Source: Lama glama (lineage: Eukaryota). From it: a stretch of DNA of 64,000 nt. The position numbers and the translations under genes are program-made. Position 1 is the stretch's first letter. Each line of letters opens with the position of its first letter. The stretch lies in assembly GCA_028534125.1 (NCBI GenBank), contig CM052818.1, positions 16,804,001-16,868,000 of the forward strand, read 5' to 3'. Below the pieces are notes generated by a model that saw nothing but the letters and a program-made list of their open reading frames with translations, had not been told where the DNA came from and ran no database searches. Positions 34,081-47,230 of this stretch are shown here, piece after piece.

Positions 34081-37000
34081 ATATGTTCTCTGCCTAGACC
34101 TCCACCTCTCAAAAATAGAATTGTGCCTGTGTGAAAACAAGAGTTTACCCAGATCTGAGTTTATGGTACATGTCTAGTTTAGGAGAAACTGTTCCATCAT
34201 GTAGAAAAATAGAATTCTTCCCCCAATAATATACCTAGTTTAGCAAGATATGTTAGAGAGAAAGGATGTTTCTCTAATCTTGGTGTGTGATCTTATGAAA
34301 GCAGCAATCTTTTGTAACCAGCCATTGTTTCAAATAATGACTAGTTAATTGTTATAGAAATTTCTTCCTCTTCTTTTAAGCATTTGAAAGTCTTTCAAAT
34401 AGTATAATTCTCAGCAAGGTCAAAAAGAGCCTCACAGTCTCCTGTCAACTTGCAAAATACAGATATTTTCATGTATTTAGGAATAAACATGGACAATTCC
34501 ATTCATGTCCACTAGGAATTGAAGAAAGGACAGATATATGTGGCCTTTGCAACAGACCTGCTGTCCTGTGCTTTATGGTCAGTCTCGTGATCACGAAGCT
34601 TCCCATCAATAAGGCTAAAATTAGTATTGATTTCAACTTGCCACTTTTCTATCTCTTCTGCTTCTGCAGCATCAATATAGGAGATACAGTTTTCTCCATG
34701 TCATCTTATCATGGTTCACTTGGCCTACTTCTTCATTTACAATTGAAAGATAGAAGTATAAATCTTTCTGTAAATCACTGATATTTTCCCTAAACAATCA
34801 ATAGTTACTGACAGACTGTCTCCTTGGATGAGAGTTTTGACCTTAAGGAAGGTATAGAATATCTTTTTTCCAGAATGAGAAATCTAAGCCACGAAGGAGT
34901 AAGATATTGACCATGTATAAACACTTGGCTGTGTTTTTGCTAAATTGGATATTAAAATATGTAAATTTTGCTGTGTTTTGTTAAAGCTTTAAGGATCCAC
35001 TTTCTTATTATGTTACTTATGTCGAAGCAAAATTTAAGAGCAGTAATCACAATGAAAAGAAATCTAATTTTCGCAGTTTGTATTTTGTGCATAATACAAT
35101 AAAATGTGAATCAGTTACCATTCTGTCTCACTAAGGCAGTGGTATTTAGACATTTCATTTCAGAATGGAGCTGTTATGAGCTTGTAAGGTGATAATTAAA
35201 TGAATTTTCCAGTGCAGGATTCTGTTCATATTTTTAATATTTTTCAATGTAAATGGAAAGAAAAAATTTCCCTGAAGACACTGTTTTAGGAAGAATCAGA
35301 AGTTCTAATACAATAGTCATAGACACACTCATGTAGACTGATAAAATGTTGGATATCTCTGTTCTTAACGTTGAAACGTGGATTTGTTAAATACCATTCA
35401 AGAGTAGGTTGGGACAAGTATGGTCTGACAAAACATGGTAACAATTTACATTTTTTCATAATCTAAGTTAAACTTTGAAATAAATAATGATTTCTTCAAA
35501 CAGCCATCATTAAATAAAAAAGGCAGATTCAATTCTCTTTATTTCATCTTAACTCTCTCAATATATGGCATAAATAATATTGTTATATACTACATTACAC
35601 TTAATGCTTGGTTCCTAGATGGCAAAGGTAGTATCCTTTCCAAGTTCTGTGAAATACAGTGGTACAAAAAATTTTAAGTCTATAGATTGACTCATTTTAC
35701 CACCTTTGCAGTATATTCAGTTAATAATGTTATAACTGTTGATCTACACATCTCTCCAGATAACCAAAACAGCTAGCAAAACACTCTTAAGAACTAGATG
35801 ACACATAAGTAAGCCTTATATTTACAAGTTCAGGACTCTGCACAGTGCACACATTTGCGTTTGAGTTAAAAATAAACAGCCTCTTATATTAATGTAAAAT
35901 CTTAAGGTGATAACATGAGCAAATAAATACTAAGAAGTTATGACTGTGCAGTATTATAAAGATATTTTAAATACTTATTTGGATTTATTAGAAAAATATT
36001 TCATGTTTAGAAAAATTACCTTTTTACTAATTATTGGAAAGCAGCTGGTAGAGAATATTTAAGTGTTTAAAAAGGAATAACCTAGTATGTATGATACCTT
36101 AAATACTGTATTTCACTAAATGTATGTTATATATTATATCCAATTAAGTCATGTTTATGAATGTTTAATAAAATTTATAAGTATAAAGTTTTTTATACAA
36201 TTTATATTTTCCAAAATTTGCCTAAAATGTAATATTAGAACATAAATCAATGATGCAATCAAAATTTTATTCTATATTTAAGTGAAAAGTTGTTACATGT
36301 TAAGAAGGTTTTTAGTGCTGTCATATAAATTATATTATACTTAATTCAAATACATATAGCAATTACATAGATATATTTCAGTTTTAAAATTGCATTTCTT
36401 TATTTCTGAAAAGAATGCACAAGTTGCATCACAGACTTTTCTTATTTTGAATCTGAGGTTAAAAAAATAAAATTGGAAAGGAGCTACTAAAAAATTGTTT
36501 TTCATTTGTTTTGATGGAAGACAATTTACCTTTAATTTGCCTGACCTAAGGAATTTTTATTGAGCATTGCTGTGTGTAGAAGTTAGTGACAGGTGGAGTG
36601 GGGAACCACTGAAGAAAGGAGAACATAGTTACTCTCTTTAAGTAACTGAACATATTAATGTACAATTGTGCATAAAAAAACACAAGGACAAAGTGCTTTG
36701 GATGTTGTGAAGAGCTTAGAGGACACTTTCAGTCTGAGGGGCAGTTCAAAAGACTTCCGAAAGAGGGCACATCTGTTATGAGCCACTTTGGAATCTTGGT
36801 ATGATTTGAAATACATCACAGAGTAATTGAGGAGGCTTACAGTTCATGACTTTAAAATTCGTTATCAGTCTCCACATTTCCAAAGTGATCCTTTTTTAAT
36901 AGGATAGTGAAAAGTGATCAACATGTGACTAAATATAATGAATATCTTAGATGCTGTGCTAAGATTAAACTTTACTTGTTAGGCTATCATAGTCTGATTT

Positions 37001-37759
37001 GTCAGGTAGAATACCAATTAGATATATTATAATTCCATATTTTCAAATGACAAGAGTTGGTTTCCATGTTGTGACAATCCTAAAAAAATAATAAAACAGG
37101 AAATCAAATTCTTACAACAGGTAGTTGTCAAATCCATCAGGTCAAGAGAAGTCATTTCTTAATCAGAGATAGTAACTAGTGATTTGTGCTAATTATCATG
37201 TGAAAATTAAACAAGAGTTAAGCTGCAGAATTAAAATGGAGTGCTGTGTTATTGTTCTGATTTTGTGTGATTATAGAGAATACATTGTTAGGGCAATTAG
37301 GAACTTGCTGTTGTCAAAACAGAAATTGATATAAAATGCAAAAAACATTATACTTCTTTTCTGAAGCTAATAGTGGATTATACATATTGAACTTCAAGAT
37401 TTCTGCAGAAAGAGAGGAGGAGGGAGGAAGAAGAGAGTAAAGAAAAGGAAAGAAGGAGGGAGGGGGAATGTTTGGAAGTAATATTCATACCACTTTTCTG
37501 GAGGCTGTGTAATTCAAGAGAATGTTGAGTTTGTTTTGACTTTTGCGAGGAGTAAAGAAATAGAGGAAAGTATAAGATACTATTTTGAGTGCTGGCTTCA
37601 TTCTGACAAGTTTTTAAGAGTGCTCTCTCTTCCCTCCCAGCTGTCTCTGCCATCATTCTAGTCTTGAAGGATGGAGAAGACAGATTATTTCTCAGGGAGG
37701 GGGTGGTTACCAATAGAAAACTTAGTGGCCAAATAAAAATTTCACAAACAGTGGCTATA

Positions 37760-37893
37760 GAGGGAAGGGTACAGCTCAGTGGTAGAGTGCATGCCTAGCA
37801 CGCGTGAGGTCCCGGGTTCAGTCCCCAGCGCTCCCACTAAAAAGTAAGTAAGTAAATAAATAAATACCCAATTACCTCCCCCCACCAAAAAAA
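37760..37893 (+). mobile_element. Young tRNA-derived SINE, camelid Vic-1-like
   Basis: gggaagggtacagctcagtggtagag (A box)...gggttcagtcccc (B box)...(taaa)n...attacctcccccc-polyA. Flanking direct repeat tggctata at 37752-37759 and 37896-37903. Confidence 0.85.
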
Positions 37894-39038
37894 CCTGGCT
37901 ATATATTGCTGGGCCTTTTCTACTTTTTTTTCCCTTTAAAGAGATGCTTTTGTTTTGTTTTCCTGAGAGGAAAGACAAAGAGCTAAGTATTTTACAACTT
38001 GGTGTGAGTAGTGGCAACAACTAGAGTTCAAGTACATGCATCAGAGGGAAAGTAAAAGTTGTGTTTTCTGACAGAACCTCTTGAATCTATTCCTTAAACG
38101 TCAAGACACCTTCATGCTGGTGGCTAAGTCTCATCTTTCCCCTCACCATGAGCATGGTGCATGAGCATGGGTGGAACTTGATAGCAAAATTAAACACATG
38201 ACAGCTATTGACAATTATGAAGAAGCATATTTCAAATTTGCAAGCTTAGTATATCAAAATTCTGATCATTTTAACTCATAGATAGGAAGAGTCAGGCTAT
38301 CAAAATGCTTTGAGACATTTTTCCAAAGCTTCTTATATTTCCCACTCTGACAGTTATACCAGTGGCTATTCATTTTTTAGGGCAGGAAAATATTTATGAA
38401 GCTTTTAACTGTTCTATTTACAAATCCTGTTAGCTTTCTCAATAAAACGGTATTCAGTAGCCTATTCTATATCTGGAACTGGTATTCTTGTAAAAACGTC
38501 TAAGTGCTTGGTTTTCATACAGAGTTTGACAATCCAAGAAAAGGAAAGTGGACTGTGGTACCCTGCTGAATCAATTAGAAGGGAGAGGCAAGAATTTTCT
38601 TTTCCAACACCAGAACTCTGGTTAGTAAGAATAACCTAGCAAAACTGGAGTTGATCCAATCTCTTTGGGATGCTAAAAACATAAATTTGGGTAACATGAT
38701 TCTAGTAGCATTTTATTTTTAGCTAATTTTACTAATTTTGAAAGAAAAATATGACACGTGGTTATTATCACTAACTGTAACAAGCACCTATTAAAAAAAC
38801 CCCTGCTTTCTGTCATATTCCTCATCCCAGTTTTGACGTACGCTGAAAATTACTTGAAGTTCATTTGACTTAATTTTTTTTTCCTTGAAGAAGGACACAT
38901 AAATACAGAGGCCAGTGATGTACCTATTTGAGGAACACATGTCTGTGAATTGATGACTGAGATTATAGCCCTAATGAATTTGGGGGGATATTTTAGAACT
39001 TAAGTTTTCCAAAGGAAACTACTATCATTAGACACCAA

Positions 39039-39040
39039 AT

Positions 39041-39075
<35 letters not shown>

Positions 39076-39103
39076 TACATACATACATACATACATACAT
39101 ACA
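39039..39103 (+). repeat. Compound (ATAC)n(AC)n(ATAC)n microsatellite
   Basis: Direct reading. Confidence 0.95.
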
Positions 39104-40056
39104 AAGAAAAAACAAAATAAAAACTGTGTCCTTAAAAAATGTTTAAAATTTGCCAGGCAGAATATGAGCAAATGTCCCATGGCTGTTCAGTGGGCTTACT
39201 GTTTCTTCGATAGACATATTGTCTGTTTCACACAAACACTCCCACCCAGCCACCCAAATGACTATTGATAGAACATAGACTTTAATATAATTTATTTCCA
39301 AGCAGCAAATAACTTTCCTTGGGCATCAGAGTCATAGTCATAATTTTTGTTTGTAATTTTCTACATCTCAACTCTTACGAGATTTTTAATTTTTCCCAAT
39401 AATTGTGTGCCATAATAAAATTTATCTTTGTTAAAATTAGGAACAGTTATTTAAATACAATCTAGGGTATTACGGAAAAATGAAATAAAACATTTGGTTC
39501 TCAGAATTTTTCAGAGCTTTTTTCAAGCCACCATTTTATTGCCTTTCAGAAGAACCCATTAGATGAAAATTTAACGATATATATTCAAGTATATTAAGTG
39601 AATATCTACCTTTATTTTTACACCAACTCTTTCTGTTTTATTCTTGCTTATGTGTATGTTCCCCCTTTATTTTTAGTACAGATCATCTAGCCATTCATAA
39701 AAGTGTTTGGGTAAACACCTATGTACGTGGTTTCACATTAATTAAGTCAGCAGTATATGTTTGCTATACTATCTATCCCCAGTAGACTGCTTAAAAAGAA
39801 GCACAAAAAATGGTGTTAGTAGTCTATAAAACAAACAAACAAATAAAAAATCTCTATTAGTTAAAACCAGAACCAGATCTTGTTCCAAAACAAATTACAG
39901 ATTTCTTTTTACTTAGTCTGTGGGTTGAATTCCCTAAGATATTTTATTTTATATTTTACTCCCTTCCCCCAAAAAGTTATTTGAGGAGAGACAGTTATCT
40001 AAAATAAATACACCAGTCAATCTCTTTGTGCTAAACTAAATGGTGTCAACAAAGGT

Positions 40057-40059
<3 letters not shown>

Positions 40060-40088
<29 letters not shown>

Positions 40089-40101
40089 ACTATATATATA
40101 T
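40060..40101 (+). repeat. (AC)n followed by (TA)n microsatellite
   Basis: Direct reading. Confidence 0.9.
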
Positions 40102-41844
40102 CATCAACATACAGAATTATTTATAATTTAAAATTTATACTTTCTGGGCAAAAAGATATCCATAAACTATCCCAAGAGTTCTTAATGTAAATTATTTTCC
40201 AATGTCATTATCAAAAATATTTAAAAAGAATAAAATCTACTTGCTTTCATGTTGAGTCCATCATTGGGATTGTTAATGATGCTCATTGCTGGTTTCAGCA
40301 GGTATGTTCTTCAAGTCTCCTGGGACAACTTCTTTTTCATATTTTCACTCAGTTGTGTCAGAGCTTTCTGTGCTTTGAGACCAGGGAGATTTTATATTGG
40401 AAGGTTTCACTATGGGGTCATCATAGCACTTTGGTTGTTTTCCTTATTCTAGCATAAAATACATGTTGAAAATAAGCATATAATTTATTGTTGATGTTTT
40501 AAATTATGTTTAATAAAGAGTATTGGCAATGTTGGCATCACTAGCAATTTCATTTTTGGTAATTTATGGCCAGTAAGCTTACGTGTTTAAACACCTCATT
40601 TTAATTTTAAACATGTGTATTTAAGAAATAACTTTCTTGACTAGTAATAAATGAGCCATTGGTTATAGTTAATAATGTCTATTAGAATGTCATAGCAGAC
40701 CACAAAAGATAGTGCATACTGTCATATCCAGGATGATAGATTTTATAAAAACTGTGTTGCATAAAGATGAGCCCTTTTGTGCTACCTTGCAACGTTGCTA
40801 TAGTTACAGCGTGTTGCTTTATGGGAATTTAACTTTTCTTAGTAATGTTAGTTACTGAACCGAAAGTCTCATTTTATATTTTTTTTAATCTCCTCTTTGA
40901 AAATAACTTCCTTTGTAAAAGACTCTGAATTTTTTATGATCTTTTTCTTTTTTCTGCAAATAAATTATTTTGAATAAAGCAGAGAACAAAAACATTGAGC
41001 ATATGTTTTCCTTCTAGACACCGAATATTAGACAGAATTTTGGTCTCCCCAACCAATTGCTATTTTTCACTTTATAGAAAAAAACCTAGTATTAGTATTA
41101 CATATTTTAAAAAGCAATATGTTCTCAGCTGGTAAACTCCATTTAATGGATACTGTTAAAACCCATGGGTTTATGTTATTCAATTTCATTTAAGGCAGAA
41201 TTGTTAAGTATCTATGAACAATGGGTTTCAAACTGTTGAGAGTTTCAAGTTTCCATGAGCTATTGCTACATTTTCATTGAAAGATAATGTGCTCTTGAAA
41301 AACATAGTTCAGATTCACCTCCTCCAAGGCTACAGTGCAAAATGTTGGGGCTCCAGTGCATGAATACATACACTCCAGCAATATGCCTAGTTTCTATTCT
41401 CAGTGTAAAAGGAAATAAGAAAGATAGTCCCGACACTCAGGGTATTTGTAGTTTTTTGGGGAGAGAAGAATAAACTATCCTTTTTGGGTACCTAATCAAA
41501 TGGTGCTGGTAACTCTATCAGAATATTTATGTATTTTACATAGTATTTTAACTGCATTGTGTTATCTGCAGCACAGTAAATTCCTTGCTTATAGGATTAT
41601 ATTTTTCTCATCTTCATATATTTGCATTATGTCTCGTTAGGTACCTTATATTTAGAAGTGCTCAAAAGAACTTCAACAAATAATGCAAAAACCAATGAAC
41701 CTTTTAAGAGATTGACTGTCTACAAAAAACAAAATGTTATAGTTACCATTGCTAATAGCCAGCATACATTGAGGGAAATGCTTTATCTGCATAGATACCT
41801 TCAAAAATTATGATATCAAATGTGATTAAAAAGCGAAATAAAGT

Positions 41845-42215
41845 AGTGACATCAGCAAAATAGAGTAGGCAGCCTCAATCTCTCATCATTCCACAAAAAC
41901 ATCAAAATACGAATAATTGTCACAACTAAATTTTTTAGAACTCTGGAAAAGCCAAAAGTTACAGCTCCAAATAAATGCTGTATTACAGATGCAAGGACTG
42001 TCAACATAAAACATCAGTCGATGTAATATACTATGTTAGCAGAAGCAAGGAATAAAACAAAACAAAACTTGATCATCTCTATGCAGAAAAGGCTTTTGAC
42101 AAAATCCAGCATTCTTTTATGACAGAAACACACAAAAAACTGAAAAGAAGGGAACTTCAGCATGATAAGGTGAATTTACGAAAAACCTCACCCTGCATTG
42201 TACTCAGTGGTGAAT
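41845..42215 (+). mobile_element. Old L1 fragments: 5' end-like piece joined to a degenerate ORF2 reverse-transcriptase piece
   Basis: 41985-42215 corresponds to the ORF2 stretch MQGWFNI...IISIDAEKAFDKIQHPFM...IILNGE (tgcagaaaaggcttttgacaaaatccagcattcttttatga). Confidence 0.7.
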
Positions 42216-43699
42216 AATGATTTATATTTTAGAAGTTGCAGTTGAAATCGCTTTACTCACAAAGTGAAAACTTTGAACAGAATTAGATTTATTTAAAAGG
42301 TCATTCCTCAAGTTCATTTTGAGTCCTCATTTAGGTACTGCTAAATATGCATTGGCATGGGACATTTTGGAGTGCTAGAAATCATTACTAATTTAAAATC
42401 AATTGTAATACACTTATTGCAGCTTTGATTGATATATTGTTAAGAAAATATTATTTACTGTTCAGTGTGTCCAGTTAAATCTATTGCATAAAGTAGGAGT
42501 CTGTGTTGTTTTTCTTATTGTTTTTCTTTTAAAATATTTTAACCTTTTAAATTTCTAAATTCTTAACCAGTTGTAGGAGAAGCTAATTCTTCTTTCATAA
42601 GCTTTTGAAATTTTTTATATATATAAAAAACTTTTTTTTGAAGTATAGTATGCATACAGAAAGGTAAACCTATCATACGTATATGGTTTGGTGAGTTTTC
42701 AAAAACTATTCTCAGCTATGTGTCCCGCAAGAAGCAGAACATTTCTAGCACCCAGAAGCACCCCTTAGCAGTGCTCTTTACCTGATTGTACACGCTGTAC
42801 CCCTAAAAATAACCAACACTGACTAAGCAGACTAGTTTTGCCTGATTCTAAACTTTACAAAAATGGAACCATCACTATATGTAAGCCAGTCTGGCTTCTT
42901 TTGTTTAACATTATGTTTGTAAATTGTCATTGGCGTTGTAGCATAGTATTCCTTTGTTTAGCTTAATCATCATTTCTTTGTCCATTCATTGTTGATAGAC
43001 ATCTAAGTAGCTTGGAATGATAATGAACAGTAATGTTATGAACATTCTTGGAAACGTCACCATTTTCTTTTCTGTGTATACCTGGAATTTGGAGTCATAG
43101 GATGTGCAGATGTTCAGCTTTAGTATATACTGCCAGTTTTCCAAGTGATTGTACCAATTTACACCACTAATTAGTATGACCAAAGGGGCATGAAGGTTCT
43201 GATTGCTCCATGTCCTGGCCGCCGCTTCGTAATTAAAGTATTCTTTGTTTTAGCCATTAAGGTAGATGTGTAGTCACTTTAAAATGGTGATCTTAATTTG
43301 CGTTTTCTTAAAGGCTAACACAGTTGAACATTGAACAGTTTGTCCATTGGCCATTTGAATTTCTGCTTCAATACATTCAAATTTTTTGTTCATGTTTCTG
43401 TTTTATTGCCTATATATATATATATTTTTTGACTGGTTTGTAGGAGTGCTTTATGTATTCTGGACAGTCACAGTGTTTTGTAAAACTCTTCTCTCACTCC
43501 ATGTTTGTAGTTTTCACATTCTTAAGATTATCTCCTAATGGTCATAAATTTTTATTATTAAGGAAGTCCAATACATTTTTATTTCCTTCTTTTATAGTTG
43601 GTGTGTTGTGTCCTGTTTATGAACTCTGCCAACTTTTAAGGCCAAAATGATGTTCTCCCCCTATATTTTCTTTTTAAAATATGTAAATATGTGAACTTT

Positions 43700-43732
<33 letters not shown>

Positions 43733-44388
43733 CTCATATATACATCCTATATATGCATACACACATATCATATCTGTCTATGTATATTATATATGACCTT
43801 TCACAAACAAATATTTCCATATGGATATTCAGTTGGCCTGGCACATTTGCTGAAAAGGCAGATAGCCAATTTCCCTTTTATACTACAGTATTAACTTTAT
43901 CGTAAGTCGTATGACTATAAATGTGTGGTTTTAGTTCTGTGCTCTTTTGTTCTTTTGGTCACTTTAACTCTGTGTCAACATTATAGTTCTCAGTTATTTT
44001 AGCTTTATAATAGGTGTTGATATATGGTGAGGCAAGTAAGTCCTCCAGCTTTGTTCTTCACAATTCCGTTAGCTATTGTAGGACCTCTGTGTTTCCATTT
44101 GAGATTCAGCTTATCAGTATCCTCAAAATGTTTTACTGGGACTTTGACTGGGATTGCATTGACCCTGTAGATAAATTTAAGGAGAATTTACTTTATACTA
44201 CTGATTCTTCCCATAAGTGGACATGATGTACCCTATCAGACTTAAAAATTTCTATCAGAAATGGTTGTATGTATTTGTGTAAATGTCCTGCATAAATTTT
44301 GAAGACTTAGTCCTAAATACTTGATGTTTTTGATGCTGTTGTAAGTGGCATTTTTAAACTTCATTTTCTGTCTGTTGCTAGTGTGTAG

Positions 44389-44998
44389 TGTGAAATCACA
44401 CTTGCGCCTGGCAAAATTAAGCAGATAAGGAAGCCCATTCCAAGTTATTGCAATAGGTGAGAGAGGCCAGAGCTCAGTCTAAGTTCTACTCTACTGAAAC
44501 GAGTATGGAGAGTTTTTAAGAGCTACGGAGTTTTTAAGAGCTACGGAGTTTTTAAGAGGATCCTAGGCTACCTGTTTTGTTAATTGGCCTTACCGAAAGG
44601 AAAAGTAAACTCACATCATCATGACAGGAGGTAGTTTTACTACCTGGGGCAAGGTGCCTACCAAAGTCAGGCTCCTACCGCACATTGATTTGAAGATGGG
44701 GGCAGTATTCTTTGCTTGATGATGACACTTAAAAAAGTTGGCCCCCAGATCCTTGAGAAAGACAGTCCTGGATTATAAACCTGGCAAGAGGCTTTAAAAA
44801 AGATTTACATCTCAGAGGGGCAAAGAAGTAATTTATACTTCTAGGTTTTCTAAATCACATGCTCTAAGGGAAAGGGAATGAAGAAACTACTGTGGTCAGG
44901 CCATCTGGAGTCTGTAAGGGTGAAGATGACAAGGGAGATCAGGGGCCTAGAGTCAGGAAGAAGTCAAGCTGAGGGAAATGTTAAAACTGTCTTGATCG
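44389..44998 (-). mobile_element. ERV1 solo LTR (MER67-like)
   Basis: agatttacatctcagaggggcaaag...aggggcctagagtcaggaagaag...caagctgagggaaatgttaa resemble antisense MER67-family motifs. Confidence 0.65.
44510..44558 (+). repeat. Perfect 18-bp tandem repeat (gagtttttaagagctacg), 2.7 copies
   Basis: Copies at 44510-44527 and 44528-44545, partial copy at 44546-44558. Confidence 0.9.
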
Positions 44999-45489
44999 AT
45001 GGAACTACAATTGATTTTGCTATATTGACCTTATTCCCAGCAATTTAGTGAAATTCATTATTCATTTTAATAGTTCTGAAATTTTCCTTGGATTGTTAAA
45101 CATATCATATAATCAAGTTGTATATGAATAATGATAGTTTTATTATATCCTTTGTAATTGTTATTTATTTTTATTTGTTTATTACACTAGCTGGGACCTC
45201 CAATATATTATGATGAATGAAAGTAGTAATAGAAGACATTCTTATTTTCAAGATTTCACCAGAGAGTATGATTGTATAGGTTTCAAAAATTTTTGTCACT
45301 GTTTTTTATCATGTCAAGGAAACTTTCTTCTAAGCAGCGTATTTTTAATTTCCATAAATGTCTACTATCCAAAACAATAAGAATATCATTAGATAGTTTT
45401 TAGCCATAAAATAAGTGTAATCAAATATTCCCTTAATATTTATAGGTCTTGATATAAATTAAGTTCTCTCATAGAAAGTTTACGCCTCT

Positions 45490-46000
45490 ATCATTTAGGA
45501 TATGCTAATTGCTATACACTGGATGCTATAACTGTTCAATCAGTGGTTTAACACAAGAAAGGTTTATTTCTCACTTATGTGATAGTCCAGTGAAGGTGGA
45601 GAGGATAGACTTATGATGGGAATAGGCTCTGCTTTGCCCACAACTCAGGGAGGTAGATTCCTCCCATCTAAAAGCCTCAACATTTCTAGGACCTCAGCAT
45701 TCTCTGCTGGACCATATGCATCTGCTTGGCAAGAAGAGAGAGGGCGGAAGGGGAGGTGAAGGGGAGAGAAACAATGAGAGAGGGGGTGAGAGAGAGGGAG
45801 GGAAGGAGGGAGAGAGAAAGAGAGAGGCACAAATGCTCTTGACTGCATCATCCCTGGGAAGACACAGACACTCTTTCATATTCCAATAGCAAGAAATAGC
45901 CACATGATCCCACCTAGATTCAAGGTCAGAAAAATGTAGTTCAGCTGAGTGCCAGGAAGATGAAAGACAAATATTGCTGAGCATCAGCCATCTTTACCAC
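45490..46000 (-). mobile_element. MaLR LTR (MLT1J/K/L-like)
   Basis: cagtggtttaacacaagaaaggtttatttctcact...cacatgatcccacctag...aaatgtagttcagctgagtgccaggaaga. Confidence 0.7.
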
Positions 46001-47019
46001 AATCCTCCAACCAACATACTGAGCATCCAGAACCTAAAATAAACCACACTGTCTTGTCTATATGGTCTCAATTTCATCCCTCTGCTGCATGTAAAGATAC
46101 ATGAAGAAGGAGGAAATATGGATGATATTATGCACTAATTAAAGAGGAAACCTGAAAATAATTTAAAACCTGAATTAGCAAAAGTAGTATCAATTTCAAG
46201 GGCAAAACCAAACTCAGGGCAAGACTATAATGTATTGTATTCTAAGAGGAAATTAAGTTCCTCTTAGAAGCAGTGAATATGAAGCAATACATAACCTCAT
46301 GTCCAACATGGATATTATTTTGGATTCCCCCTTAATCATTAGACCACTGTCAATGAAAAATGAAAAAAAAAAAAACTTCTATGTGTGAAGTATTTGTCAC
46401 ACAACAAAGATCAGAGCTATGAGATAGAGTAATATTTGTGAGTTTTAAAATTCTGTTTTAAGAATGATGACTTTAAAATATTAAATATTACAATTTTAAA
46501 AGAATTTTATGGGTATTTATTTTGTGTTAATGTTCCTTTCTTTTAAAATTTTCTATATTACATCTCTATATCAGGTAAATATATTGTTATGTGATTGAAC
46601 TTTATAAACTCTTCACAGTGTATTTGTTCCTAATAACAGAAATACCTGTGCATTCATAGATATATATGTATATATATTCTTTTTTTTTTAAATCTCTGGA
46701 ATTTTTCTATAATCCTACTGCAGAAATGATTCACTGGTTATTATTTATGGTCACATTATTTAAACATAAAATGTTATTAAAAATCCATAAAACTTTTGGT
46801 TGCAGAAATTCCCCAGAAGTTCTGTGTATTCCATTCTCTTGGTCCAAAATCCCAAAGACTGCTATTTGTCAGGAATTTAGAACACTATTCAAGGTGACAA
46901 TAAAAGTGCTGTAGTATATGTGGGTTCTTCTTTAACCTCATGGTAAATGACTTTGGGCCCAATCTCCATGTGCAAGAACCAATACCTATAAATTCTTTTA
47001 TGGTTTGCTGCTTCTCTCT

Positions 47020-47230
47020 GAGTAGCAAGGGGAGAAATCAGCACTGGAGCCTGACAAACGTCGTTTACCCACTTGCTTTGTCATTCACCAGCTGTGTCAC
47101 CTTGGCTGTTACTTAATTCTCTGAAATTTAATTTCTTCTACTAAAATACTGAAAGCAGTACTTTAAGCAAGAGATACTGCATGCAAAGTACCTGACAAAT
47201 AGTAGGAACATCTTAAATGAAGTTATTGTA
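47020..47230 (+). mobile_element. MIR SINE
   Basis: gcactggagcctgac...cagctgtgtcaccttgg...ttacttaattctctgaa...aaagtacctgacaaatagtagg. Confidence 0.65.

Larger units (their letters stand above)
42635..45330 (-). mobile_element. Old L1M element (3' UTR and ORF2 end), interrupted by an LTR at about 44389-44998 and by a (CA)n at about 43703-43730
   Basis: gaagtatagtatgcatacagaaagg...; ccaagtgattgtaccaatttacac; gactgggattgcattgaccctgtagataaatttaaggagaatt; resumes at aactacaattgattttgctatattgacc. Confidence 0.8.

Noticed and set aside
37760..37835. tRNA-like sequence with A and B boxes
   Set aside because: It has a SINE tail and flanking direct repeats, so it is a SINE and not a tRNA gene. The same applies to 48983-49120 and the degenerate 3097-3154.
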